Source: the human T2T-CHM13v2.0 reference genome, Homo sapiens. Taken from it: a stretch of 64,000 bases of DNA. This document shows, piece after piece, positions 16,731 to 29,935 of this stretch (position 1 is the stretch's first letter; the number at the start of each line of letters is the position of its first letter). The position numbers and the translations under genes were made by a program. The stretch lies in assembly GCF_009914755.1 (NCBI RefSeq), contig NC_060928.1, one strand, 5' to 3'. The notes beneath the pieces are model-generated. The model searched no databases. It worked only from the letters and a program-made list of their open reading frames with translations, and was not told the DNA's origin.

Positions 16731-19309
16731 AGTGTCTAGATGTCCGTGAATTCATTCACTCTCATCTTCTATGCTTCCACTGTGCCTTTCCAGACCTTGA
16801 TCATATCCTTTCAGAATGAAGGGATTCAGTTTTCACAAATGAAAATAACCTTAGAAAGAATGTGAAGGTGGGGGTAGAGAATTGTTTGATTTTGCAGTGA
16901 CAAAAAACAGAGAAACACTGTGGTCTAAAGGGTTTCTGAGGTCATTCAACAAGGCAATACATTGCTTTTTATGGCTTTTGCCTCCCTGTCTTTGGCTATA
17001 ACTATTACAGTAACATTTCTTCCCTGGATTTCAATTTGGTAGGCCTAATTACTGTTTTCCTAATTTATAGAAATTGTTAGCACCATTAGCGCAGATATAT
17101 CAAGGGCCCTGAGGGAACAATAATTCTGCTATACACTTAAATTGATCTAGTCATTTGGTTCATCAACTGTGTGAGTCACAAGATGGACTTTTCCCGAGAG
17201 GCTGTAGAACAGGGGTGAGTTTGGGCCCCACAGCTCTACAACTTTCTAGATATATCATCTTAAGCCAATTATTTAACCCTTCTAAGTCTGTGTTTGCTCT
17301 ATAAAATAATGTGTACCTTACAGGTTTGTTGCAAGGATTAAAGGTATGTAAAGCAACCAGGCTTAATGCATAATAAGCATGCAATGAATATGGCAATCAT
17401 TAACAGCACATTGCACACTGCTTGACACCTAGTAGGCATTCAATAGATTATTGTTGAATGAATTAATTGGATGGATGAATGAACAAAGAGTTTGATTAAG
17501 ATCTGGCTCCCCAAAGGGTTTGTAAACCCTAAGACTAAAGACATCGTGTTTGTATTTCTCATCGTTATATCCTTGGAGCCAAGCACAGTGCTTCATACAA
17601 AGCAGAAACTGACAGCTACTCCTTAAATAAGTTTACCAATAAAGTGTTGAGCAAATAGACATATATTGTTCATTAATTTTCATGATACGAAATTTTTCTT
17701 CCCGAAAACTTTCAAGTACATGTATTTAGGGATGTCAGTTTGCTATTACAAAAGCATTCTCTGTTCCTCAAAATTTGATTTCCAAACACTTCCAGAGAGC
17801 AAATTTTAGGCAAAGATTTATTTTCTGATCATGTCCAATGAAGTACTCAGTCAATCTTGTCTGCTGTGCCATCTCTAGCTACATTTATACTAAGGACAAA
17901 ATAAGAAACAGGGAAATCCTGAGTTTAGGGTTTGGAAAGTATGTACCGTAGGTAAAATGGCCCTTCTGCTGCCTGTGTGATGGAGATGCTAGTTTGACAT
18001 GGCAGAGAAAAGTGGGTCATAAACCTTAATAGAAATGGCTTGGAAGATGTTGATCTAGTTTTGGTTATTTTCAAACGGTCCTTTTATTCAGAAAGCTTCC
18101 ATCCCGTAATGTTCATTGATAATGCCACCCAGAATTGACATTTATTTGTTGTTGCTCTGTGTATAAAAATCTGATAAAATCAGATTTTAAAAATATTATT
18201 TGATTGATATTTTTGATGCCCCTGAAGGCTAAGAAATGATTACAGTAGGTCCTATATGTCAGTCTCATATTACAAGACATATGTTTTGTCCAATTCTCAC
18301 AAACATCTTTCAGGGTCAGTCATTTAATGCTATTTGCTTTTCAAATGGAGAGGCTGAGACCTAATGTAAGAAATGTGCCAGTGGTCACTTTGATGCTAAG
18401 CAGAAAGCCAAGATACAAACCTCATTTTTTCTAATTTCAAAGTTCATGTTTTTCAATACCTTTCTTTCTTGTAATAAGATGTTTTCCCTAGCAGTCATAA
18501 TTAAATATTTTCATAGGCAGTAAAATAATGTTATATCCTTCACCTGACACTATCACACCAAAGCACTTAAACCAATTCAACACATACAAAAAAGTTAGGG
18601 CGATTAGGAGTAAGATCTGGGGAGTTGTTATAGGCAGCAGTGGTTAAAAGTGACACAGAGAGAAGACTGGAAAAAGATTGTAAAAACCAGAAGTGAAGAG
18701 AAGAGTTTCTATGGCCGGTAGTCAGCTGATGTCAACATCCATCTACATATGTGGTGAATGTTGGTCATTTTTGGAACTCCCAGCATTCCTGTGTCTTATC
18801 TGTCTCCCACCTTGTAAGGCAGAGCCTATCTCCCATCATCAAAACTGAAAATGCCTTGCTTTTCCAGCACCCCTTGCAGCTGAGCATGAAGCCAGGTTCC
18901 ACGAATCACTCACATTCATTGCAAATGTCAAATTGGAAGTTAGTGATGTAAAGAGGAAGGGAGTACAGAGAATGTGCTGGTACAAGAGAAACCCCATAAC
19001 AGCAGCTTCTAAAGTGGTTCTGGGGTCCTCCTCTGGTACCCAGACTCAACAGTGTTGATGGTACAAGTAATGTTCAGAGAGCTGCAGTGAGGTATTCCTG
19101 AGACCAGTTCTACAGCATTTATTTTGGCAATGGTTCTTGGCTTTGTGGCCTCAGAGCCTGGTTCTCTGATGTTCTCAGTGATTCTGTGGGCTGCACAACA
19201 TCTTTTAATCAACTCCTTTCTACTCAAACTAGCCTTATTCACTTCTCACTAACCCAAATAAAAGTCTTAACTAAAACAATATGTAAATAATCACAATATG
19301 ATACTAATA

Positions 19310-19540
19310 ACTAGCATATGTTGAGAGCTTATGATGTGACAAGGTGCTATGCTAAATGCTTCAGAAACACTTTTCTCCTTAAAACCTCATCACACCCCCT
19401 TATTTCCATTTTGCAGATATGGACACTAAAGTACAGACAGGTTAAATGGCTTGCTTAAAGACACATTCCTAGAAAATGGCAGAGCTAACATTGAACTCAG
19501 CAGTGTGACTCTAAAGGCCATTCACTTAGCCAGTAAACTA
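19310..19540 (-). mobile_element. MIR SINE
   Basis: tttccattttgcagatatggacactaaagtacagacaggttaaatggcttgc is an antisense MIR core. Confidence 0.7.
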
Positions 19541-19602
19541 GAATATATAATGTATTGGTAGCTTGCATTCACGTTTTAGGATGTAAATGTCTATAGGTAG
19601 TT

Positions 19603-19941
19603 ATATTAGTTGTAGAGTTCTCCATAGGAACAGAACCAGTAGGATGTATGTGTGTATATGTATATAAATATATGTGTGTGTATATATATACATGCTATAT
19701 ATATGCATATTATATATGTGTGTGTGTATATATATGTGTGTGTGTATATATGTATATATATATAGAGAGAGAGAGAGAGAGTGAGAGAGAGAGAGAGAGA
19801 TTTATTTTAAGGAAATCACTCATGTAACTGTAGGGGCTGGTAAGTCTAATATCAATAGCGTAGGCTACCAGGCCAGAGACCCAGGGAAGAGTTGCTGTTA
19901 CAGCTCAAGTTCAAAGGCAGTCTGAATGCCAAATTACTTCT
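19603..19941 (-). mobile_element. MLT2 (ERVL) LTR fragment with internal (TA/TG)n(GA)n
   Basis: gagttctccataggaacagaaccagtaggatg [microsatellite] gagatttattttaaggaa...gagacccagggaagagttg. Confidence 0.7.
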
Positions 19942-20133
19942 GTACATGTCTGTGCCCAAATTTCCTCTTCTTTTAGGGATACCAGTCATATTTGATTAGG
20001 ATCCACACTAAGTGACCTCATTTTAACTTAATTACCTCTGCAAAGACCCTATCTCCAAACACAGTCAGAATCTGAAGTTAGAACTCCAACATATGAATTT
20101 AGCGGTAGAGAAAACACAATTCAGCCCATAACA
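19942..20133 (-). mobile_element. MLT1B-like MaLR LTR 5' portion
   Basis: caaatttcctcttc...accagtcatatt...aaagaccctatctccaaa...acacaattcagcccataaca. Confidence 0.72.
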
Positions 20134-21408
20134 GTAGTAATTTCAATGAACCCGAATGTAACTGTAATGTAAATGTAACTTGATAGAATTCTAAAGTAAT
20201 CTTAGGAATTTTTCTGAGTTTGGGTGATATATCTATAGTTTGTGTGGGGACCCCCGGTGTTTTTCAAATACCAGCCCTGTTCATAACCACCATTAAAATG
20301 GTAACCATAACACTATTGGAAGCCAAGGTCTCCTGTATCCTGATTAAAATAGCTTAGGGATGATGATGCCCAACTACATAGAAATTTTAGGTTTTGTCCC
20401 ACAAGCAATAGGACAAGAACAAGTTGGACTACAATTTCTCGGTACTTAAACCCTTTGGGAGAATCAAATAAAATAAACTGCATTATGGCACAGAAAGTGA
20501 AATGGCTTCTCAAAATATTCTTCATGTGCAAGTACTGATGGCTTTTGGCTGTAATCTCACAGCTCTTGCAAAGATTTCAAATCTCAAGGGGGCCAGACAG
20601 TATTATGAGATCTGAAGTATACCCCTTAGCAGTGAACATCATGATGGAAACATTTATCATTTTTTCATCTGAAGATTTGTTATTCAGTGTTTAGAAAAGC
20701 TGCCTTAACTCTTGTATCATTTATTTAATAGCAGTGAAATCATCTTGAATTTGTAGAGAACTTTGTACTTTTCAAAGTGCTTATACATACATTAGTTCAT
20801 TTAATCTAAATGGCCCTTGATTGACCTAAAAGTTAAATCAGCTTCCCAACGTGCCTAATAATCATAGAGAGTACTTTTGGAGCTGAAGAAAAAAATGACC
20901 CAAAGTGAGGAAATTGCTCTGAAAGCATTCTGTAAAATCACAGCACCATTATTACACAAATTCATAAATAGTGAAGCTGAGTTAAACCCATAAGACAATT
21001 CTGGGGATTATATGAAGATTTTCAATCCTTTACTGTTTACTTTGTTTTTAACACTATTTTCTGTAAGCCTAGCTCTCAAGTCCAATTTCACTGTATTAAA
21101 AATTTCAGACAAAACCCTGCCTTTATTTTCATTCTGCCTTTCTGTTAATAGCCAAACCTACACATTCCATTTAAAGAAAAACTGAGGGTAATTTGTGGTC
21201 AAAAGACTCTAACATGAAACACCTCAATGAGATGGTGCCTGAATATTAATCCCTATACAAAGCAGATGGTGATTTCTTTTTTAAGCAAAAAATGATCTGT
21301 GTTTCTGCCTGTGTGCTTTCTGCATCAGACTTGAAGTAAAAATGAATTTCTATTTTGTTTCACTCTGGGAGCCTGTTACATTAACCAACATGAGAGCGGG
21401 GAGGATCA

Positions 21409-21418
21409 CCTAATATGG
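21409..21418. promoter_or_regulatory. Consensus CArG box (SRF site) CCTAATATGG
   Basis: Perfect CC(A/T)6GG, the reverse complement of the c-fos SRE core CCATATTAGG, in non-repeat DNA; function untested. Confidence 0.45.
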
Positions 21419-22229
21419 CCAAATATAATTACAAGATGTACAACAAAGGCACTGGCTGTTTCTACTCTCTGCAGGAAAGCTTTAAAAAAAAAAAAAGATA
21501 AACAGACCCAGCATAATCTCGAGAATCCGTTTATTATTCTGCTGGTGGAGTCTGTAGCTACGGAGACATCTGTGATATGGGATAAGGAAGATTTTTTTTT
21601 CCAGAAAATTTGAAGAATACAGAGAGTAGGAAACATCATTTTTAGGATTGAAAACCTAAGAAATAACTGTATTTTTGCCTATTTTTTTAAACAATTGATG
21701 ACAAGAGTGCTGCAACTCAGAGTTTTTTTTTTCTCTCATTTTTTGGTGTTAGAAAATAAAAATGGAATCCAGCCTCTTTTCATATGTAGGGAAATAGCCA
21801 ATTTCCTACAACAAGTTTGAATAGCTGCCTGTGTTAATAATATAACATGGCTCTAATCCTGAGTTCTAATTATGGTGTGCAGTAATGTATCTGTTGGAGT
21901 AAAAGTGCAGATAAAACCTTGTTTCAAAGGTATTTTCTGCTATGGATTTGATTATACAGTTCTATGGAGCAAATCATAATGCCTTTACAGTTAGTCCTAC
22001 AAATAGCATGACTACTATTTTAATGTAAAATCTCTATTATTACAATGAGGAGTCTACTGTATTTCTTTAGAATCTGAATTTGGATACTCAAAACTACTCT
22101 TCGATTACCATATGTGTTATTATATAGAGAGTAAAGTGGAGCATTGGGTCAAGAATCCACATAATTAAGACCCATAAGTCACTTTCACATGACTTACTCT
22201 GGTAATTCAAGTTGTGGTCAGAAATAATA

Positions 22230-22460
22230 ATAATCCCAATTTTTGTTGAACACTTACTATACATCAAACACATTCTAAATGCCTTATGCATGTTAATTTA
22301 TTTACCTCTCACAACAACCCAATGAGAATAAATACTATTAATATTTCCATTACATAAATGAGAAATTGAAATCACAGAAATTTTGCATAACTTGATAAAG
22401 ATCAAACTGCTACTGGATACTGCGGCCAGAATTTAAACCTAGTTAATTTGGCTCCAGGTA
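22230..22460 (-). mobile_element. MIR SINE
   Basis: ctcacaacaacccaatgag...tactattaatatttccattacataaatgagaaattgaa. Confidence 0.72.
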
Positions 22461-22559
22461 ACCACCATATAATGAAGACTCTTCAGAAGCTAGTGACAAG
22501 AAAAAAATAGTGGTGCATCGCATGGTTCTTTGTGTCTATAAGATTAAAACAAAACAACT

Positions 22560-23720
22560 AAAAAAGGAGGTCAAGGAAACCGCAATGATGTTCCTGGCCG
22601 TAACAACAAAAAATTTCTTCTGGGGACTTAAGGAAAGCGTGCCAACAAAATATCTCATGGACTAATAGTAAACAAGCCAAAAGGCAAAGGGTAAAACATA
22701 TTCTGGATTTAGTCAGAAATGGCAACATATGCAAAAGCTTTGTGGCAAGAGGAACATGGGTATTTGAGAAACTAAAGCTGAAGCCAGGGTAGCTAAAGTC
22801 AGAGTGAGGGGAGCCTGCAGGAGTTGAGGTTGTAGAAGAGACGGAGCAAAATGAGAAAACACTGAAGGAACTTAGGCAAGAGGTAAAGTGAACAGATGTG
22901 TACTTTGAAATCTGTCACCTGGCTGCCACAATAGTGAACAGTTTGGAGAAGTACAGAGTGGAAGTGACTAAACCAGTTCAGTAGCATCTGCCAAATATGA
23001 CAAAAATGGTTATGGCAGTGGTGATGGAAAAAAACTGGACTGATTTAAGAGAAATTCCAGTGTTAAAATAGGAAATTACAAATTAGATACTGGAGAAAAG
23101 GAGGAAGACATCAAAGATTACTTCCAAGTTTCTGAATGGTGCAACTTTGTTGATGATAGGTTTTGATGGGGAAATCAAAAAGTCATGCTGAAGATATTGA
23201 ACTTGAGGTGGCTTTAAGTCATCAACTGGGGTTGTCAAGTGGGCAGTGAGGCTATGGACCTGGATCTCAGAGGAGAAATCTAGGCTGGACATGTACATTT
23301 GGAAGTTATCAAGGCAGAGAGAGTTGTTAAAGCCAATGACATGGATAATTTGCCTAGTGAGAAAATGGAAAATGAATGAGAAGAGAGGAAGACCTAGAAC
23401 CCAACCTTGAGAGAAGAGCATAAGTCTGCAAAGAATTGTGACAAGGAGCTTCCGTATAAATAGCAGGATGACTAGGAGAAAACAATATCAGAGAAGCCAC
23501 TGGAGGAAAGTTACAAGAAGGATGGCAAGGATAATCAGGTCAAATGCTGCTGACTGGTCAAAGAAAATGAGAACCAAAAACTGAATATAGCAAAATGAGG
23601 GTCAGAGCCGTAGTAGTACAAACTGTTTGGGATTGATGGAACTAGAAGTCAGAGTGGAGTAAGGTAAATGGACACAGGAATTATGGATAACTCTAGAAAT
23701 TTGGCTATGGATGAGGGAGA
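22560..23720 (-). mobile_element. L2 LINE fragment
   Basis: Antisense L2 motifs (ttgaacttgaggtg, gtcaagtgggcagtg, ggatctcagaggagaaatctaggctggac, gtcaaatgctgctga). Confidence 0.7.
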
Positions 23721-24382
23721 GTGAGTAGAGTGGCAGCAAGAGAGAAAAATGGGATAGGTGGAGTGACCTCAGCCATAAAATTTATATCTGTAATGAGAGT
23801 ATCTCAGAATTCGCCCACATTTCTAGGCTATTGATGTGATTCTCACATCAAGTTATAAAATTCGAGCATTTTCGAAGGTTTGAGTAGTTTGTAATCCATC
23901 ATAAATTTTACGTGGTTCTAGGAGACTTCTTTTTTCTTTCATATAGTGATCCATTAACCTGGTTATGATTGTGGCACATAGAAGCCCAATTCATGTATGC
24001 ACTCAGAGGACAGACTAGGGTGCCTATAGAGGTTTAAATTATTGTCCTTCTGTTGCTGAGGAAGTAAAAGGAACAATCTTTTAAGTTACCTAAGACATAG
24101 ATACTTAAAAAGTCCTCAGGCGTCAACTGTTCATCACTGTTTTCAATTAAATATTTATTAAGCACACACTGCATATCAGCTATTGTGTTAGATTTTGAGA
24201 ATACAAAGGTGAATAAGACACAATTCCTAACCTCAAGATGCTCATCAAATAACAAGAAATGAATATGTGTAAACAGATACTGCTAGTACACTGTGAACAT
24301 GCCATGAAGAGATATGTGCAAGATGCTACACGAAGAAAGGTACCTGAAGCACCAGACTGATAAATGAGAATGAGTGTCTAAG

Positions 24383-24421
24383 CGTGTGTGTGTCTGTGTG
24401 TGTGTGTGTTTGTGTGTGTGT
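24383..24421. repeat. (TG)n microsatellite
   Basis: Imperfect TG run. Confidence 0.85.
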
Positions 24422-24489
24422 CCAAGGGGCTCAGTTGTGGAATATTTTATGGAGATGAAGACTTCCGAATTGAGTCTTAAAAACTATTA

Positions 24490-24700
24490 GTTTACATTTA
24501 TTGAGAGATTACAATGTGCCAGGTAGAGTGGTAAGCACTTTACACCTTAACAAATTTATTATACTCACTTTAGAGATAAAGAAATTGAGGCAAATAGAGT
24601 TGAAGTAACTTGTCCATAGTGACACAAACTACTGAGTGTCAGAGTTGGAATTTTAACCCAGTCTTCCTTCAGAGCCCATCTTCTAGACTACCATGCTACA
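24490..24700 (-). mobile_element. MIR SINE
   Basis: tttagagataaagaaattgaggcaaatagagttgaagtaacttgtcc. Confidence 0.7.
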
Positions 24701-26889
24701 TACCATATACCATGGACCATGACTTAAAATTAGAGATTAGCCAAATTTTGTATGTGTCGGTTATGGGGGAGGAAAAGGCACATCTCAGGCCCGAAAATCA
24801 GTCTCTCTTACTTTTGGGTTTTCTCATCCCACTCTGATTGCAGGATCCTGAAACAGCTATCCCAGGGTTAAAAAGAGGGAGACATGACCACTTTCCCAGG
24901 TCATATTTATAATACCAGTAAGCAGAAAGAGGCTTATTATAAAATAATCTATGATCTGGTCCCCTGGTTACCATTAGAGAATAGAAACAGAATGGATTAC
25001 AGGTTTCGTCCATTTTAAAGTAAAGTTTGCTATGAATAGACTAGAGGATACTTTTGTATTTAGGTTAATAAGTTCCTCTTGAGAACAAAAGGGCTAATAA
25101 GGAAGGAATCCTGCTCCTTTCTTAATGTTTCCAAGTTAAGCTCCATCAGACCACCTGGCAGTCATGGTACTTAGAGCATAAGAGGTGATTAATACCACCC
25201 TGGGATGTACTGAATAAACAGAAGATCATAAAAGAGAAACAGTGTTCACCTGGACAGGGTCAGGAAGATATTAAGGTTAATCATCCCTAGCTTCCCAGAA
25301 CACTTAATCAGGACAGAGAATATTCTTTTATGAGCTGGAGATCTCAACAACAGTTCTAAGATCAAGGGAGGAAAGAAACTAATCTACTTCTCATGCAATA
25401 ACACATTTATCTGATCGCTGGAGATAGAAATGGTCTAAATTCACACAATAAAAACTGCATGCATCAGAGACACAATATAACAGCAGCCTTACATTTAGGA
25501 CTTAGACCAACAGAGAAGACACTAGAAGAGGCTGGCATTGCCTTGGATTTTTTGAGATTTCCAGAGTGAGGATTTTGGGGAGATTCTCTCTCAGTTAACT
25601 GAGAGGCCATTAGGGGAATAATTAAAAAGTGGAAGGACAAAGGCCTCCAAACTGTCCAATTTACTTTATGAGTATTCTTCATGTTGCCAAGCTTCTTGCC
25701 TTTTTGTAGCACAAAAGCAAATTACAAAATAAAGAAAAAAAGAGCAGACAAAGTAGAAGTTGGAGTAAAAGAAAGGGATGGAGAACAAGAAGAGGAAGAG
25801 CAAAAAAGCTATTAAAATGATAAAGACAGAGAAGGGAGTTGAGGCAAATGAAAGAATAAAGTTGAGAATAAAAAGAAAAGGAAAAGATAAGAAAATAAAG
25901 CAAAATTTCAGGCTGAAAATGGAAGGTTCAACAAAGATAAAACTTAAAGAATAAAAAAAAGAAAAGAAAAACTAAAACCAGTGAGACTAAAAAAAATTTA
26001 AACATGAAAGAAGGATGAAAGATTAAAGATAAAACCAGCATAAATAAAAAACATAAAGGGCTAGAACCAGAGAGATAAAAAGCTGGAAACATGAAAGTTA
26101 AAGGAATGAAAGATAAAAGCTAAAACAAGAAAATTCAAGTTAAAAGCAATACTTAGAAGATGCGCATAAAATTCTTTTAAAGACTGCTTAAAATTTGTTT
26201 CCTTCTTAAAATGGAATAGAAAAAAAAAGAATTTGAGATAGAAAGTACAGACAAGGAAAAATAAGAACCCTAAAGAATGAAGCAGAACAAACTAAAATAG
26301 AAATAAGGAAAAAATTAAATAATCAACATACACCATGGCAACAAGAAATTCTAAAATAATATCAGGATGCTGATTTGCACCACAGAATATGTTCTTGGTA
26401 TAACAGGGAAACAAAAGGAATAGGACAGAGAGAGGAAAGCAGTGAGCACCTAGCTGACTGCACTCTGAAAACCTGTCCTCAGTTCCTGTACATCCTTCCA
26501 CCTCTCCGGTCCCCGTATGGAGGTCCCTCTGACCAAGAATAGAAAACAAAATACAATTTCTCTCTAATCCTCAGCTCAGCTTGCATGACTGCTACAATTA
26601 AGAGACACAGACAGAAGCTTCAGCAGTTTAGATACAGTGAACCCTAGGCAAAATTCCAAATGATAGTCTGTTTCACTTTTTTGTTTGTTTGTCCTTTCAA
26701 TATCCTCCTGCCCTTTAATCTATCACTCATTCATTTATTAGTTAATTACCACTTAGTTTGAGTTAGTTTAATTCACCCTTTTTCAGGATAATTTTCATTT
26801 TACAAGAAGGCCCATTGGAGAGGGATTTGGGGTAAGGATTGTTTCTTCCCACCCAGCGATTAGCAACACCAGGAAGATTGATGTCAGAT

Positions 26890-27401
26890 GTCTTCCTTGC
26901 TCCACCCCCGCTATACCCCTTCTCTTGCCTCCCTTCTCTGCCTGCTTTGTGTCCTGGGAGGGTGACCTATCTGGATTGCAGTCATGGGCTTGTTTACTCC
27001 GTGTCTTCTGGTTGATTTTACCAATGAAAGGCATGGGCAGGAGATTAAAGGATAAGAGGAAAGTGAGATCAAGGTATTTATTCCTGTATTTCGCTCATCG
27101 CCATGGATTGACTCCATCCCTCTGCCAAGACCACGGCTCCTACCTGAGGGCCTTCTCCTGAGCTACACCCTCTGGATTCTGAGCACAGCTAACCTGCTCT
27201 CTCCCTTGACTCTTCAGGCCCAGAGGTGGTGGTGACTGGCTCCCTAGCTGTTGCCTGCCTCAGGATGCTTTGTTGTCCAGTTCTTACCTTGTTGCTTTCT
27301 CTTAGCCCAGTCCTGAGAGTTGTAAATAGCCCTTTGATTAATTCCTCAATTTATTCACATTGAGTGTGCCATCTGTTTCCTGCTGGGACCCTGATTGACA
27401 C
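26890..27401 (+). mobile_element. ERVL LTR, LTR33/LTR41-like
   Basis: 3' end ttgagtgtgccatctgtttcctgctgggaccctgattgacaca and internal ccaatgaaaggcatgggcaggagatt; 5' boundary approximate. Confidence 0.6.
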
Positions 27402-29069
27402 AGTAGGTAAAAGTATGTCATAGGCAAATTTAATTTTAGCATTCTTCACCCCAACATTCAGTGCCCTCATACTACCCATAGACTCAACATAGGTTCCCAT
27501 TTTGAACAATTCCAGGTCTCATAAAGCCATTGTGCCATCTGGAATGTGTCTGACTTCCTTTCTTGTCCAAATTTGTCTGTATATTGAACCATTTTCCCAA
27601 GACACAGATCTCTTCAGTGTGCATGCAGGTGAGTCTCCATAAGCTAATCTCTGCCGGAAAATGTATTGTCTCTCACTCAGGTAGCAGAGTGTCTCCTAAT
27701 GGCCCTCAAATTACAACATAAGCATGAATTATTCCAAACACAATTCTTAGCTAGCATCTCTTCCTCCAGTTTTGTTCTCCACCTACCTATTCTAAGCACT
27801 GCAGCCAGATACATTTCTCTGTAAAGACATTCTCATTATGCTACCCACTGGTTTTTAAAAGCCTCAGTTGCTACTCATTGTCCATAGGATAAATTCAACC
27901 ATTTGAGATCCACAATCTGGCTCCAAACTGAGTCTCCTATTTTATCCACTGCTACAGACAGACCTTGTATTAGGAGAATAGCATAAGATGGGAAAATAAA
28001 AAAAAAAAATCTCAACATTATCCCCCCTTTCGAAACATATTTTCTTCTTGCCTTCTTCAGTAACTGAAGAATAATGTCATGTGGCAGAGGTAGACTTTTT
28101 CATGAGATGACATTCGTAATTTTCCTCCAAGTTTAGTTTCCATTATGACGAAAAGTTGCAAGGTTTTCACTGTCATGGAAGAATTAAAACTGTGACTTAA
28201 GCTTCACAACTTACCTGATTTCATGTGCTATTAAATTTTAATTTATACTACTTTTTAGACTATTAAATTTTTTTCTGAGATTTTGTGACATTATGTGTGG
28301 CATATTAGGTTGTGTAAGTGGATTATAACCTAGGGTACCAAAGTAGTGTGACATCTCCCAATTCCAAAGCTACACAAGGTGTTGCTTCTGCCATACCTGG
28401 ACATAGCTACCACCATATGCATTCTGACTTCCCTCCTTCCACACCTCACTATTACCTGCCTGAAATGGCCTTTATCCTCCTCTCTGCTTATCTGAGCACT
28501 GCTGGCACATGTCATGTGCTAAATAATTAGTAGGCATTACCATTATTATATCCACCACTCACAGCTCATTCCAAGCACTACTATCTCTAGAGATCTTACT
28601 GCTTACTGATTAATTTATCATATACTATTTTAAGGTATGTGTCTCCCAATAGCTTAGAAGTCCCTGCTTAGACTGTAAGCAACTTTAGAAAGCTACCATG
28701 TCTAGTATCTCTGTCAGTCTCACATCTCCATTGGCAGAAAATAGAAATTCAATAAGTAATTTATGGCTAAAGTCAAAGCTTATTCTATCCTCCAAAGGCG
28801 GCTCTACGGAGTCAACCTGACAGAAAAGAGATGACTTCACTGCACTTCTCTTATCTGCTTGTAGAGATCTTCGACTACCCCAAAAAGAAAAATGCTGGTA
28901 ATTGATCTTCTACCCAAAAGGAACCAACAAATGACAGATGCAGAAAAGTCTAATCAAGTAAATGTTTTGCTTTCCCTAGAACTCCTTTGCTGTCCCGTGT
29001 GGCAGCTCTTTGTAGTTTCTTGCCAGTCTCCAACCTTTATCTCCTCAATGTTCATCTTATCACATTGCC

Positions 29070-29490
29070 CTGTATATTAGGTGGGACACAGACCAGATTG
29101 CTAGAACCAATAAACCCCACAATTCACTAGCAGGAATGAAGCACTTGTTCTTCTCTTGTAGAACAGAGCCAAGGTAAGTAAATGGCTCTGCTCCAAAAGG
29201 ATGTACAGAAACCCCAGCCAGTTTTGGCTGTGCCATGCCCCACAAGTTGCCCTTGTCCTTGCAGTAAAGGCTGACTGATTATAACCACATTCTAGCTCAC
29301 ATGAAACAAAGGAAAAGGAAGTGGAGGGCAGCCAATATCTGCCTAAGTATCTATCGCAACAGTAACGGACTTTCCATAACTAGAACCCTAAAGATGAATC
29401 ATGTTGCTACCCATGGTTATAGGCAGCAGAAAGCTCTGGGAGTGGGAACTCCAAGCCCAATATTATATCTCTACTACCATCCAGAGACAT
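29070..29490 (-). mobile_element. Old MaLR LTR (MLT1J/K-like)
   Basis: Degenerate MLT1 motifs (ggctctgctcca, tagaaccc...aatcatgttgctacc); boundaries approximate. Confidence 0.4.
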
Positions 29491-29710
29491 GAAGCCCTTG
29501 TTTGAAGATGTCCAAAGGCATTTCCCATAATTGGAATCTCCACCCCTGCTTATGTGTATATGCAGCCTAACTAGGAGTCAACATATAAATATCCTCAAAT
29601 TGAAGGGTGTCAAGAACTACCATGCCTACTTCCTCCAGTCTCCTGGCCACGTCCCTAGTTGGTATTATCTACTCCCCAACACCCATGGGCTCAGGCCTAT
29701 CAGTTTAAGC

Positions 29711-29935
29711 CTGTGGTTTTTCAACTGCAGCAATCCCTCCCCATCACCACCTGGTGACATTTGGCAATGTCTGGAGGCATTTGTGGTTGTCATAACAGGG
29801 GAGGGGAGGTGCTACTGGCATTGAGTGGGTAAAGGCCAGGGATACTGCTCAACATCATACCATGCACAGGATAGCTCCTCAGGGCAAATAATTATCTAGT
29901 ACAAAATCTAATGGTGATAACACTAAGAAATCTTG
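29711..29935 (+). mobile_element. MER20 hAT-Charlie MITE
   Basis: gacatttggcaatgtctggaggcatt...gtgctactggcattgagtgggtaaaggccagggatactgct. Confidence 0.85.

Noticed and set aside
29162-29173. 12-nt micro-exon-like AG|AACAGAGCCAAG|GTAAGT
   Set aside because: Lies in a decayed MaLR LTR; no supporting evidence, and such matches are common by chance
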